A stretch of 63,381 bases of DNA, counting the filler, from Collodictyon triciliatum (lineage: Eukaryota), in assembly GCA_043381765.1 (NCBI GenBank). It is 15 parts of 15 records of this genome, joined end to end, with 100 filler letters (N's around TTAATTAATTAA, not from the genome) between each part and the next. Parts side by side here need not be neighbours in the genome. Positions count along the whole stretch, not along the records: positions 49,145 to 53,332 come from JBHJMP010006404.1; positions 53,433 to 57,659 come from JBHJMP010006405.1; positions 57,760 to 61,946 come from JBHJMP010006406.1; positions 62,047 to 63,381 come from JBHJMP010006546.1; 11 more parts are not named here. The stretch is one strand, 5' to 3'. The notes under the pieces were generated by a model. That model was not told where the DNA came from and ran no database searches. It saw only the letters and a program-made list of their open reading frames with translations. Position numbers and translations under genes: made by a program. This document shows, one piece after another, positions 50,511 through 63,381 of this stretch. Each line of letters begins with the position of its first letter. Within the stretch, counting starts at the first letter, position 1.

Positions 50511-52397
50511 CCTATTCGCTCAACGACAATTAGAGAAGGTTCTCAATCAATCGATCAGTGCAAATGCATTTATTCCTATATATCATTCAATGGTGCTTGC
50601 ACGTGTCCTCCAGGAAAATTTGAGGATGGAAGTGAGTGTGTTCCGTGCAGATTTGGCTCATACAAACCAACAAACGGCACAAATTTCTGCCTATCTTGTG
50701 GTGATAAATTTACGACAAAAAATTACGGTTCGATGGATTCAACAGATTGTATTTGCAGTACAGGATTTGAATTAAGAAATTCCACTTGTGAATGCAAACC
50801 AGGATGGTATGAAAAGCAGGAAAACTGCTACGAATGCCCTCCGGGTACTTATAGCGAATACTATGGCCAAAACTATTGCAAAGATTGTCCAATCAATTCG
50901 TACACAAACGTGACAGGAGCCCTCAGTATTAAAAGTTGTATATGTATACCATCATCATTTTTAGATGTCATAACCCAACAATGCCTTTCTTGTCCTGTGG
51001 GAATGGTATGCGACGGGAGCAGCAAATTTCACGCTGCACCTGGTTACTGGGCTGTTGAAAACTCTGATGGTTCGTATTCCACCTACAGTTGCCTGAATAG
51101 CAAGGCCTGTGCTGGAGAAAATAAGTGCGCTGAGGGATATACTGGAACTCTGTGCAGCGCATGCGAGGAAGGGTTTTCGCAAAAGGGAGACGAATGTTTA
51201 CCCAGTCCCGAGACAGGAGGTAGTGAAATTTTGGTTATATTGAGCTACGTGCTCCCCATCGGGTTTTATATTTACATGGTGACTTCAATAGACGAACCAA
51301 AGAATGAAAGCATAGGGACATTCAAGATCTTGGTAACCCACTTTCATATTCTGACCATATTGTCTAATTTTGATCTGAATTGGAGCCTGGGGGCCTTGTT
51401 TGTGATGAAAATACCTACTGCTTTCATGTTGTCGCTCTCTGTGGATACATTCCCGATGGAATACCAGTTTAGTTTGAGTATATATGACAGGGTACTATAT
51501 GCCATGCTGACGCCGTTGATACTTGTCGGAGTGACTTTTGTCATATCCATCTCGATGTTTCTCGTCGATAAATTCAAGTCCAAGAGCAGACAGGCGGAAG
51601 AAGTGTCATTTTCTTTAACAATGACGAAAAATATTCTTGTGATGCTTTTCTTTGTTCACCCTCTTGTCATCTCCACTGTGGCCAGTGTGTACCCATGTGA
51701 ATCTATAGGAGACTCGAGTTACTTAAGGATGGACCGATCGGTAGAATGCTACGACTCCTCTCACGATACATGGAAGGACAGAGCAACAATCTACATCGTT
51801 GTATACGGATTCCTTGCTCCTTTCCTTCTGTGGGGCTTCATGTTTGCCAAAAGAAACTCAATCACCATCTCCAACTCTCGGACAAACAAAATCTTGTCAT
51901 TTTTTGTCTGTGGCTACAAGGACGGAGTTTATTACTGGGAAGTACCCAATATGCTCCTGAAGCTTTTCATGGCCATCATAAGCTTCTACATTTCATCTTC
52001 CTTGCAAATATACTTTGGTCTATGGCTGATTTTTATTGCCACGTTGACCGTGCAGTTTGTCAGGCCCTTCCTTGTTGAATCTTTGAAGACTCAACAGACC
52101 CTGTCATCAATAGTTCTGTATTTCACTCTGATGTTGGGCATCATATTCCGGTACACTAGTATGAGCGATGCAACAAAGACATTTTTGGTTGTCATGATTG
52201 GAGTTTCCAATGGAGCGCTTGGTTTGTTTTTATTTTGCATCTCTGGCCCTTCGTTTTTAAGGACCCCAACACAGAACATGTCCGAGTACATCAGCTCGTC
52301 TAAGGCTTCCCTTGGTGTCCAATTCTTTGGTGACCAAAGAGAGATTACAAGAGAAATGAATACTCTCGATTCGACAACAGTGGGTGTGGACCTTTAG
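49146..52397 (+). CDS. Intronless Cys-rich surface protein: GCC2/GCC3 (ephrin-receptor-like) repeats plus multi-pass TM C-terminus; 5' partial
   Basis: The frame is open from the contig start to TAG for 1083 sense codons. CxxCPxGT(Y/F/W) repeats, CAEGYTGTLCSAC, KILVTHFHIL, C..YLRMDRSVECY, GYKDGVYYWE, RPF, and about 9 hydrophobic segments. Confidence 0.92.
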   Translation, partial: TKDSQSCYACPKGTINSNSGSYGSSSCYECPQGTWNDREGQASCISCPAGTFNNKTGSFDQSSCISCPNGSYSSERSSSCSLCLSGFFQKEGITKDSQSCYACPKGTINSNSGSYGSSSCYECPQGTWNDREGQASCTSCPAGTFSFEIGAFNESSCISCPNGSYSSRGSSSCSLCLSGFYQKEGITKDSKSCYACPKGTFNSNSGSYGNKSCIECPQGTWNDRDGQASCTSCPAGTFSFETGAYDPSSCISCPDGSYSSERSSSCSLCLSGFYQKEGITKDSKSCYACTKGTFNTNSGSYGSSSCYECPQGTWNHREGQASCTSCPAGTFSFEIGAFNESSCISCPNGSYSSAGSSSCSLCSSGYYQKEGITKDSKSCYACPKGTYNSNSGSYGSSSCYECPQGTWNDREGQASCMSCPAGTFNNKTGSFDPSSCIPCPNGSYSSERSVSCNSCPIRSTTIREGSQSIDQCKCIYSYISFNGACTCPPGKFEDGSECVPCRFGSYKPTNGTNFCLSCGDKFTTKNYGSMDSTDCICSTGFELRNSTCECKPGWYEKQENCYECPPGTYSEYYGQNYCKDCPINSYTNVTGALSIKSCICIPSSFLDVITQQCLSCPVGMVCDGSSKFHAAPGYWAVENSDGSYSTYSCLNSKACAGENKCAEGYTGTLCSACEEGFSQKGDECLPSPETGGSEILVILSYVLPIGFYIYMVTSIDEPKNESIGTFKILVTHFHILTILSNFDLNWSLGALFVMKIPTAFMLSLSVDTFPMEYQFSLSIYDRVLYAMLTPLILVGVTFVISISMFLVDKFKSKSRQAEEVSFSLTMTKNILVMLFFVHPLVISTVASVYPCESIGDSSYLRMDRSVECYDSSHDTWKDRATIYIVVYGFLAPFLLWGFMFAKRNSITISNSRTNKILSFFVCGYKDGVYYWEVPNMLLKLFMAIISFYISSSLQIYFGLWLIFIATLTVQFVRPFLVESLKTQQTLSSIVLYFTLMLGIIFRYTSMSDATKTFLVVMIGVSNGALGLFLFCISGPSFLRTPTQNMSEYISSSKASLGVQFFGDQREITREMNTLDSTTVGVDL

Positions 52398-53432
52398 TGG
52401 CATCGCAATTGCCAGACGGCAAAGGGATACCTGCACATTCTTTTCTTTTCTGAATTTTTTTTTTAAAAAAAAACATATCCCTTTGCCTCCTCTACTCGTG
52501 AACCTCTCGACTTCTGCTCTATCCAACCCATATCATTCAATCTTATCCTCTGTTGTCCCCCAGAGTTCACGGATACTATTCTGCGCCGGTAAGACGCGCA
52601 TAATAAAGAATGGGTTGGTAATCTTCATGCAGTCGCCGCGCCAGTCGTCATGACTCTCCCTTTCCTTGTTTTTATGTATTTAAAGCCTTCAAATACCAGA
52701 CAAAGGTAATGCCAAGAACCGGTCAAGCGAAATGACGCATCATATTATTATAAAATCCACATTAGTTTTACTCATTTGGTATGATTCACACTTGCATTTC
52801 TCTAAGGTATAAGCGCAACCACCAACCAGCTCTCTCTTGCTTTATTTTTACTCCCTGGCATCGCATCTTGCCTTTTTCCTTCATTCGATTCATATGGTTT
52901 TTTAACTTGCCCTTGATGCGTTACTTATTTTTCCTCTCGGTCAAAAGTAACACCTTGAGTTATATATTCAGGAAAACCTGCCACATTATGAAAGCAAACC
53001 ATCAAGCATGCATTATTATGTCACAGACACCTTTCATACTTTTTCGATTTCTAAACAAATTGTCATGTGCTTTTACATATATCAGAAATATGTTAAGGAA
53101 AAATGCTTTTTTTATTAAGCTCGTTTATCTTCATTCATCCATTCGTTCCCTAAATCTCGCCATTCTAATTAAGGCTTTCATTTTTATGCCATCTCTAGAT
53201 TGATGTTCAAAGAAAGCCTGTAAATATCAATAATATCACAGAATCTATCTGTTCCTGCCGATCTCTAGTCTTTCGACTGAGTTATGTAAAGGTTAAGAGA
53301 GCTGGTTGCTGTTGAATCTCTTCTTTCAACATNNNNNNNNNNNNNNNNNNNNNNNNNNNNNNNNNNNNNNNNNNNNTTAATTAATTAANNNNNNNNNNNN
53401 NNNNNNNNNNNNNNNNNNNNNNNNNNNNNNNN

Positions 53433-53548
53433 AAGGAAAAAGGAAAAAGGAAAAAGGAAAAAGGAAAAAGGAAAAAGGAAAAAGGAAAAAGGAAAAAGGA
53501 AAAAGGAAAAAGGAAAAAGGAAAAAGGAAAAAGGAAAAAGGAAAAAGG
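53433..53548. repeat. (AAGGAAA)n repeat
   Basis: Direct reading. Confidence 0.95.
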
Positions 53549-54094
53549 CTGATGGGTTCAACAGGTCAGAGGTTGTTTTTTAAAGTTCTATGGTGGATAT
53601 TGCTTCGCTGCTGCGCTTTGCTGAAGTACTTCGTTTCATCCTCCTTTGTTTCTCCTTGGCTGTGGGTATCGCTTAGATCAACGGAGAACAGAAAGCGCCG
53701 ATAAAAGCGGAGAAAGGGAAGAATAGAAGCAAGTGAGGAGACTCCAGACATGTACACTATACCTAATTATATATATGTATGCTTTTTGATAATATTTAAC
53801 CTCTTTAAACTGATTTATTCAGCTAAAATATGAAACATAAATATATTCCAGAAATATCCATGAAGCTTTTCGGCGTTGCAAACGGCTTTTGCGGCCGCTT
53901 GTGCATCGAGCCAACAGAAGCGCCGCGCTGGATAAGCAACAGCACACGATGCGGATTGCCCCAAGAAAACAAATATTATATGTTTAATGATGAATATATT
54001 TAATACAGTGATATAGAAAACAAAAACTGAGGCCTTTTTTTTATTTTTTTTATTTTCAGTTTACCAGAACAGCCTCGTAGTTCCTGCCAACGTC

Positions 54095-57251
<3,157 letters not shown>

Positions 57252-57389
57252 AACTTAGCAACAAACATCGGAAAGCCTTACCAGATAAAAATAAAATGAA
57301 GGACACCATACACATTCAGGCATGAGCAGAGTTGCCTTGCCATCCACTTTTGATGCACACAACAAATATTGCTTTACTCTTTCCTTGCA

Positions 57390-57659
57390 GATTTCAAGCA
57401 TCGAGCATTACAACTACTTTCTTTCGTTAAGCTAATTCTACGAAGCACGCAAAGTCAGCACCGAGTGGTCTGGGGCTTCGACACGCAACGACAAACCTTT
57501 CGTCGACTGGACCATCAGGCACAAGCTGCAAGACCCTGGAAGGCGCTCAATCCTCACTATCTAGGAGCAACGTGCAGAAGACATACAAAAAGCGGCTTCA
57601 CGTGGAGCAGAATCGACCGCTTCCTCTGCTCAAGGGACTTGCATGCGTGGTTCAAGAAA
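57390..57659 (+). mobile_element. LINE ORF2 apurinic endonuclease fragment, frameshifted
   Basis: L(Q)DPWKALNP..GAT..GFTWSRIDRFLCS; DxW..P..T..SRID is the hallmark of APE-type LINE endonucleases. Confidence 0.75.
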
Positions 57660-57759
57660 NNNNNNNNNNNNNNNNNNNNNNNNNNNNNNNNNNNNNNNNN
57701 NNNTTAATTAATTAANNNNNNNNNNNNNNNNNNNNNNNNNNNNNNNNNNNNNNNNNNNN

Positions 57760-57858
<99 letters not shown>

Positions 57859-57900
57859 TCTGCAAACATAAACTATTTGATCATGATTGAAAAAAAATAT

Positions 57901-59872
57901 TTAGAAACGGGAACATAATAGTACAGAGGAAATCAGAAATAAGAGCACCCACGAATCTTTGTACTGTATGTCATCCATTCCAATTGAGGTCAAAGCCCCT
58001 TGGAGACATGAGATGAATGCGAAAGGACTGAATTTTTTCAAAATAGATTGAAGAGTAACCCCTTCGTCAAGAAAGCAAATTTGTGTTAATGCAGGTTTCG
58101 AAAGATTGAATGACTCCATGATATATTTTGGCAAAAAATCAGACTCGTAGGGATTTATGTTAAAGAGCGAAAATATAGCCAATCCAGCACAAATGAGGCA
58201 CTCTTTCGGAAGATTCTGAAAATAGAATCAAATCAGTTTTCTGCACAAACACATATGACGAATTGATATAGAAGTAAAATATATAGACTTTGCTCACCGC
58301 ATTTAATGTTTGGAAGTAAGATTGAATCATCATTTTAAGCAATTCTATCGTGCATTTTTTGTCTTCTGAAGCATAAAAAATTCTTCGAAGCTCAAGTTTG
58401 AACTTGCCACATATCCAAACAACAAATTTGGCCGTTTCATGGCATTCAATCACTTCATCCTCTGTTGGAGCATTTTGAATCGAGTACTCATCCTGAATAA
58501 TGGCTAGATAGATGGCAGCAACAGTCAGAATACTATACTGAACAAACAAATGGGCGGGGTAGAATATGTCTGTGACAGGGATTCACGGTGGGTGACTCTG
58601 CATTCGATGCATATTAGTTTCATTAAATACATATGTAAAGGCGCAAACATCTAGTTATTCGGAGATAGGCGCAGTGGAGCATTGGAAGAATCCTGTGGAG
58701 ACACTTGGAAAGAACTGCCCCGCCTGATTCCAGCTCTGATATGGACATGAACGCTCTTACGTGAGTTACCTCAAAGTCCTCGTCATCCGTTTGTTCAAAG
58801 AAATGTCCAATATATTCGGACAAAAAAAAGGGTTGGTGATTTGATGCTGCATCGATGGCATAGTAAAGTTGACGCATCGATACTCTAATACGGTAATAAT
58901 GTGAGTTCTTTCTTTCGGGCTTGAAAAAAATATCGTTTTTTTGTCATGTATTGGAAATAGCATATTAAAAAAAAAAAGAAGCTGTTGGGCATAGATTAAT
59001 ATAGTTAAATGCTTGGTTCAGGACAGGAGCTAAGAACCTGAATGAAGGTAGAAAAACGATAAACACATAGTACACATGTGTTATACCTTGACCGCTCCTG
59101 GTGGTGGAAAACAATAGACATAAAAAAATCGAGAATCATATTCGCATCGTCCTTGCAGTCTTCTTTTTGAGAACTCTCATTGAAAATTTTTGCTAAAGAG
59201 TTCAATAACAGATAAGAATATAAGGACGTAGGTAAGTCAACCCGATCTAACCAAGATACGCGTTGTAGTGGGATATCTTGATTCTTACAATAGTACATGG
59301 ATGATAAGGAAAAGAAAGGAAAGTGAAAATAGAAAACATAGCAAAACAAAAAAATCGAGATACTAAATGAAGAAAATATTGGCATAACATCCAAAGCAAT
59401 TTATGGTAAGGGAGGTAATATATTTTTTATAAAAAAAACAAAACAAACCGACGAGCTTGAGGATTGAATTTTGCTCATCGGTGGTAGATACCTTGTAATA
59501 TTTTATTTAAATATATAAGAAAATTGATAGATTTCCGCTCTCTCTTGGTAAAAGTAATTAGAATGAGGTAAATATAGGTTGCCAGTTACTTTTTAAAAGA
59601 TGGGGAAAGGAATAAGAGCAGGCAACCTCCTTGAAACTCAATGTTGTAAATGAAACCTTGACAAAATCTGCCATAAGGTGGCTTAGGGTCGAATTCTGAA
59701 GCTGAAAAGTAGGATTTTCTTGCGGAAAAACAAGTGTTGCATCCGAGCGACTTCTCGGGACAGTCTTTTTCGCCCGCTTGCCCTGCAGGAAGGAAGTGAT
59801 TAAAAAGAGGGTGATCATAATTGCGCAGTGCGCAGCCACTGGAAACAAACGACCATTTTCGATTTCAGCCAT
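57901..59872 (-). CDS. Multi-exon helical hypothetical protein; boundaries uncertain
   Basis: Long open exons with GT-AG ends (DIPLQRVSWLDRVDLP.., HLFVQYSILTVAAIYL.., NLPKECLICAGLAIF..). No family confidently recognised. Confidence 0.6.
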
Positions 59873-60752
59873 AGACCATATATCACACTCTCTTACCATG
59901 TGTCGAAACAAGTTTATGGACTTTGTCTTGGTTGCCGGTAGGTTTTCCTCCTAGCTGTGCGGCTATCAAGAAATGACGTGAAAGGATAGTAGTTTGCGTT
60001 TGTGCCGTACTGAAGTAAACACGACAGAAAGGAAGTAGGCTTTGGACGTGTTTTTTTTTTTTTTTTCTGTTTATTTTTCTTTTCTTTTTTTTATTGACTC
60101 TTGAGATATCTTCGTGCATCTTAGAGACAACGTGCTACCCAGACGGCCAGCCCCACGAGAGTATCGCTGCGCTCGATTTCACCCAAAGACCCGCCGCAAA
60201 CGAAGGCTGGCCTGGTGTTTCAGATTCAAAGCAAGACGGATGCAATCGGTTGTTGTCGTGGTCTTGTCTTAATCTGGAAAATATGTTTTGTCCGTTTCGA
60301 GTGCGCTCGCCGCGATTGTGTCCCGTCGGAAAGTGAGAGGAGGGCATTGGAAACACAGTCCCTGGGAGAGAAATGGAGGTCCAGGCAGCGGCATTCTTTT
60401 TATGTTTATTTTATCTAACTTTCTCTTTCGAAAGTGCAATTGATGTAGAATATGGTAGGGTTTGGTGTGTGTGTGTGTGTGTGTGCCATAGCCACTAAGC
60501 TGTTTGGTGGGATTTTCTGGGGTATGGCCACTATCCTTCCAGACATGAAGTCCTTGAAGGAAATATGTCAAGATAAAGAAGAATGCAGCAAGATATAAAA
60601 AAATATATATGAAAAGTGATAGTAAATCTATCATCGATAAATTAGACTTCTATCTAATTCATTCATTCATTTATCTTCGATCGTAGCTGGAATGCGAAGA
60701 GGAGAGCTGTTACCGTTAATGTCCTTTTATTTGGGAGCAGAGACGACTTTCA

Positions 60753-61820
60753 TCACATTCGGCTCGACTGATTAAGATAATATTGGTGATTATGATAGAA
60801 AAGTAATCATGGATAAGTGAAAGAAGAAGAAAAAATATTCTGCTCGATGGGTAGTGATTTGCACCTATTTTCGGGGTAGTTATTTGAACCTCAAGTACTT
60901 CACCAAGTGCCTGGTATTTCTCTTGACAAAGTTTGTAATACCCTATGCACGTGCGGAGTATCTAATAAAAGGAGCACGGTGAACTTCTGTGTCAAAATTT
61001 TTGCCAGTTGGAAGTACTTACGTCCGAAAGAACACTATCAACTTTCTCAGGGTGCTGTTCGCAGAATTTTGTCAGGTCGGTGACGAGTGTATCCTAGCAT
61101 GTTTGATGTTTATATTAACGCGTCATTGGCAAAGCAATAACAAAATAGATAAACATGAGTGTCTCTAATAGTAGTTGTATGAAAGAAAAACCTGGTATGC
61201 GGTATATTCTGCTTGTGCTTTTTCCATCTTTTCTTTGGCCTTTGTAGATTTAATCATGGTTTGATTTTTTGTTGATTTTTTTTCTTATTCATTTAATTTG
61301 TCAACATGATAATTCTCCATATTTGCACTAAATTTTGAACCAGAAAAAAAATAGTGTAACTTCAATCAATTTATACCGAATTCATCTTCGATGTCTCTCC
61401 TGCAGCTTGATACGATTCAAACCTTTCTCTCAACACGTCATAATCAACAATAAGGTCTTTCCTTTTGGATATTCTATCCTGTTGTGGATTGGTTTCATAA
61501 TAAATGAGTGCTTAGTTGAGAAAAAATAGTTAGGGCATATAGAGATAGTAACCTTCAACTCCTTGAATGAACCATGGTACTCTTTCATATACCTGATTAC
61601 ACTATCCTGCTGTCGAGCCTAGATGAGAATTCAGTTAGATAGTAGGAAGAGAGAAACCCCGTGGTCAATAATTATCTCACCACAGCCTCCTCCACAAATG
61701 CCTTGATGGCTTCGTGCTCTTGCATAAACTGACGATATTTTTTGGCGATTGGTGCATCTGTTTCACCCTGGTAGGCTGTTGACACACACCTAGCCAAACT
61801 TTCTGCATGCAGGGTCATAT
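60753..61820 (-). CDS. BAR-domain protein (amphiphysin/Rvs/BIN-like); 5' partial
   Basis: Phase-0 exon chain: AESLARCVSTAYQ..FKELKDRISKRKDLIVDYD..KAQAEYTAYQDTLVTDL..SSRM*. KRxxxxxDYD is the BAR helix-2 motif. Confidence 0.75.
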
Positions 61821-61852
61821 CTATATTGTGTTTTGTTTCTTTTTTTTAAGAA

Positions 61853-61944
<92 letters not shown>

Positions 61945-62224
61945 AANNNNNNNNNNNNNNNNNNNNNNNNNNNNNNNNNNNNNNNNNNNNTTAATTAATT
62001 AANNNNNNNNNNNNNNNNNNNNNNNNNNNNNNNNNNNNNNNNNNNNTCTGGAATAACATGTACTTATGCTTTCTTATCCCCCCCCCCCCCCCCCCCCCTT
62101 TTTTTTTTTTTATTTGATTCAAAGGAAGGGAGGAAGGTAGGAAGGGGAGGTTATATATTTTTCTAAGTTTAATTGTGTATCTTATAGACTTTTGGGCTAA
62201 GAGCTGGAATATCATATTCTTCAG

Positions 62225-63253
62225 AAGATGAAACAATATGTTCTCTGGTTATGGAACATGTATAATTTCCCGACCGATATATCTTCTGGGTGACATTTAA
62301 TGAATATATCCACACTGACTTGAATTTTTAAAATCAAGGTTGGTTCAATAATGGAGCGGAACCAAAATTTTAGCAGTATGAAAAATGAACTCATACATGT
62401 CAACCAAGCCCTTAGCAACAGAACAATTTTATTGAGTTTCATTACATCCGCCACAAGTGAATCCGAAATAGGAAATAAACTAGAGAGCCTCTTACAACAG
62501 GTAGTTATATTATTCACTCAAAAACATAATCTGAAATGGCGCATGCGCGACAAAGCAAGCCATATACCTGTAATACTGGTTTCCTTCAATCAAAATATAC
62601 AGTTATGGAAGTCTGGTACCAAACATATTCATGAAACAGGTATGCATGACACTTGATTGCCGAAAGGCATCTGTATTTCTAGTAGACCAAGAGAAGAAGG
62701 AGTTTTACACTCATAACTTTGATATTCAACCAGCAGAGTGCAGCGTAAGCTATAATATGATTCTCATCCTTATCGCATCTCTTTCATCTACCTGCTTTCA
62801 TATGAGTGTATTCCGTCTCAATAAATATGATTTGAATCGAATAAAGGAAAATCATGATTTGCTAAATGCATCACTGTTTTCAATTAACCCAAAAGCTTCG
62901 CTGATTACTTCTTTTCTGAATATAATTTTCATTTTTCTAACAGAGTTGCATATACGATGTTGGCTTACATTTTAACATTTTCAAAGGTAACGGCTTTGGT
63001 AGTTTCACCATCCGAATCCTTTCGATTTCCTATAAGCGAGGTACCCAAACAAAGACCAGCGAACCAAGGCCAAAGGCCCATTACCTTTACGAATAGAAAA
63101 GAGAAATAAGAAAATTTTTGATTTACGTCATCAATATTCTACTTACCAAACTATAGGGAATTGCTGGTCATGTTTATGGGACAAGGAAATTGTTCCGTAG
63201 CCCAAATGCATATGATGAGCCTCATTTTAGTCCCAATATTGATAAACTTACAG
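62225..63253 (+). CDS. GAF-domain protein (cyclic-nucleotide PDE/cyclase type), internal fragment
   Basis: LDCRKASVFLVDQEKKEFY..FRFPISEGIAGHV..PNAYDEPHFSPNIDKLTG. Confidence 0.85.
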
Positions 63254-63381
63254 GTATTGGGCCTCTATCATCTGACATTTTACTGTTACGAATGAAAGTA
63301 AATAAAAAAAAAAAAAAAAGAAACAAAAAACACAAAAACACACAAACACACACACAACACACAAAAAACAAAAAACAAAAA

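Noticed and set aside
49168-50775. 535-aa His/Ala/Gln-rich overlapping ORF
   Set aside because: Shadow frame of the 279-bp Cys-rich repeat; a stop-free unit stays open when repeated.
57901-59872. THADA/Trm732 assignment for the helical protein
   Set aside because: Only a vague resemblance; no diagnostic motif seen.

Overview
AT-rich, intron-dense nuclear DNA from an unidentified microbial eukaryote using the standard genetic code. The window is not a contiguous locus. It is 15 unplaced pieces, mostly ~4.2 kb, joined by artificial 100-bp N..TTAATTAATTAA..N linkers, and most pieces end in microsatellites. Spliced genes reconstructed by eye: an axonemal-dynein-light-chain-domain coiled-coil protein, a CAMK-group (BRSK/AMPK-like) kinase, an Ig+PH (AIR9/SCAB-like) protein, Snf7/Vps32, WDR59, a dCache membrane receptor, a sulfotransferase-like/GT77 protein, an LRR protein, an AIFM3-like flavoprotein, Pcf11, a lesioned pinin copy, a BAR protein and a GAF protein. 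There is also an intronless Cys-rich multi-pass membrane protein. The most interesting element is a decayed Fanzor-like ORF (eukaryotic TnpB-derived RNA-guided nuclease) at 48256-48936. It has a Mimivirus-type AAAATTGA motif upstream and is cut off by a 5'-truncated LINE 3' end. Other signals are two non-LTR retroposon families (one copy with a 19-bp TSD), GC-AG introns, frequent AAG acceptors and a strong intergenic hairpin. All family calls come from motif recognition, not database searches.
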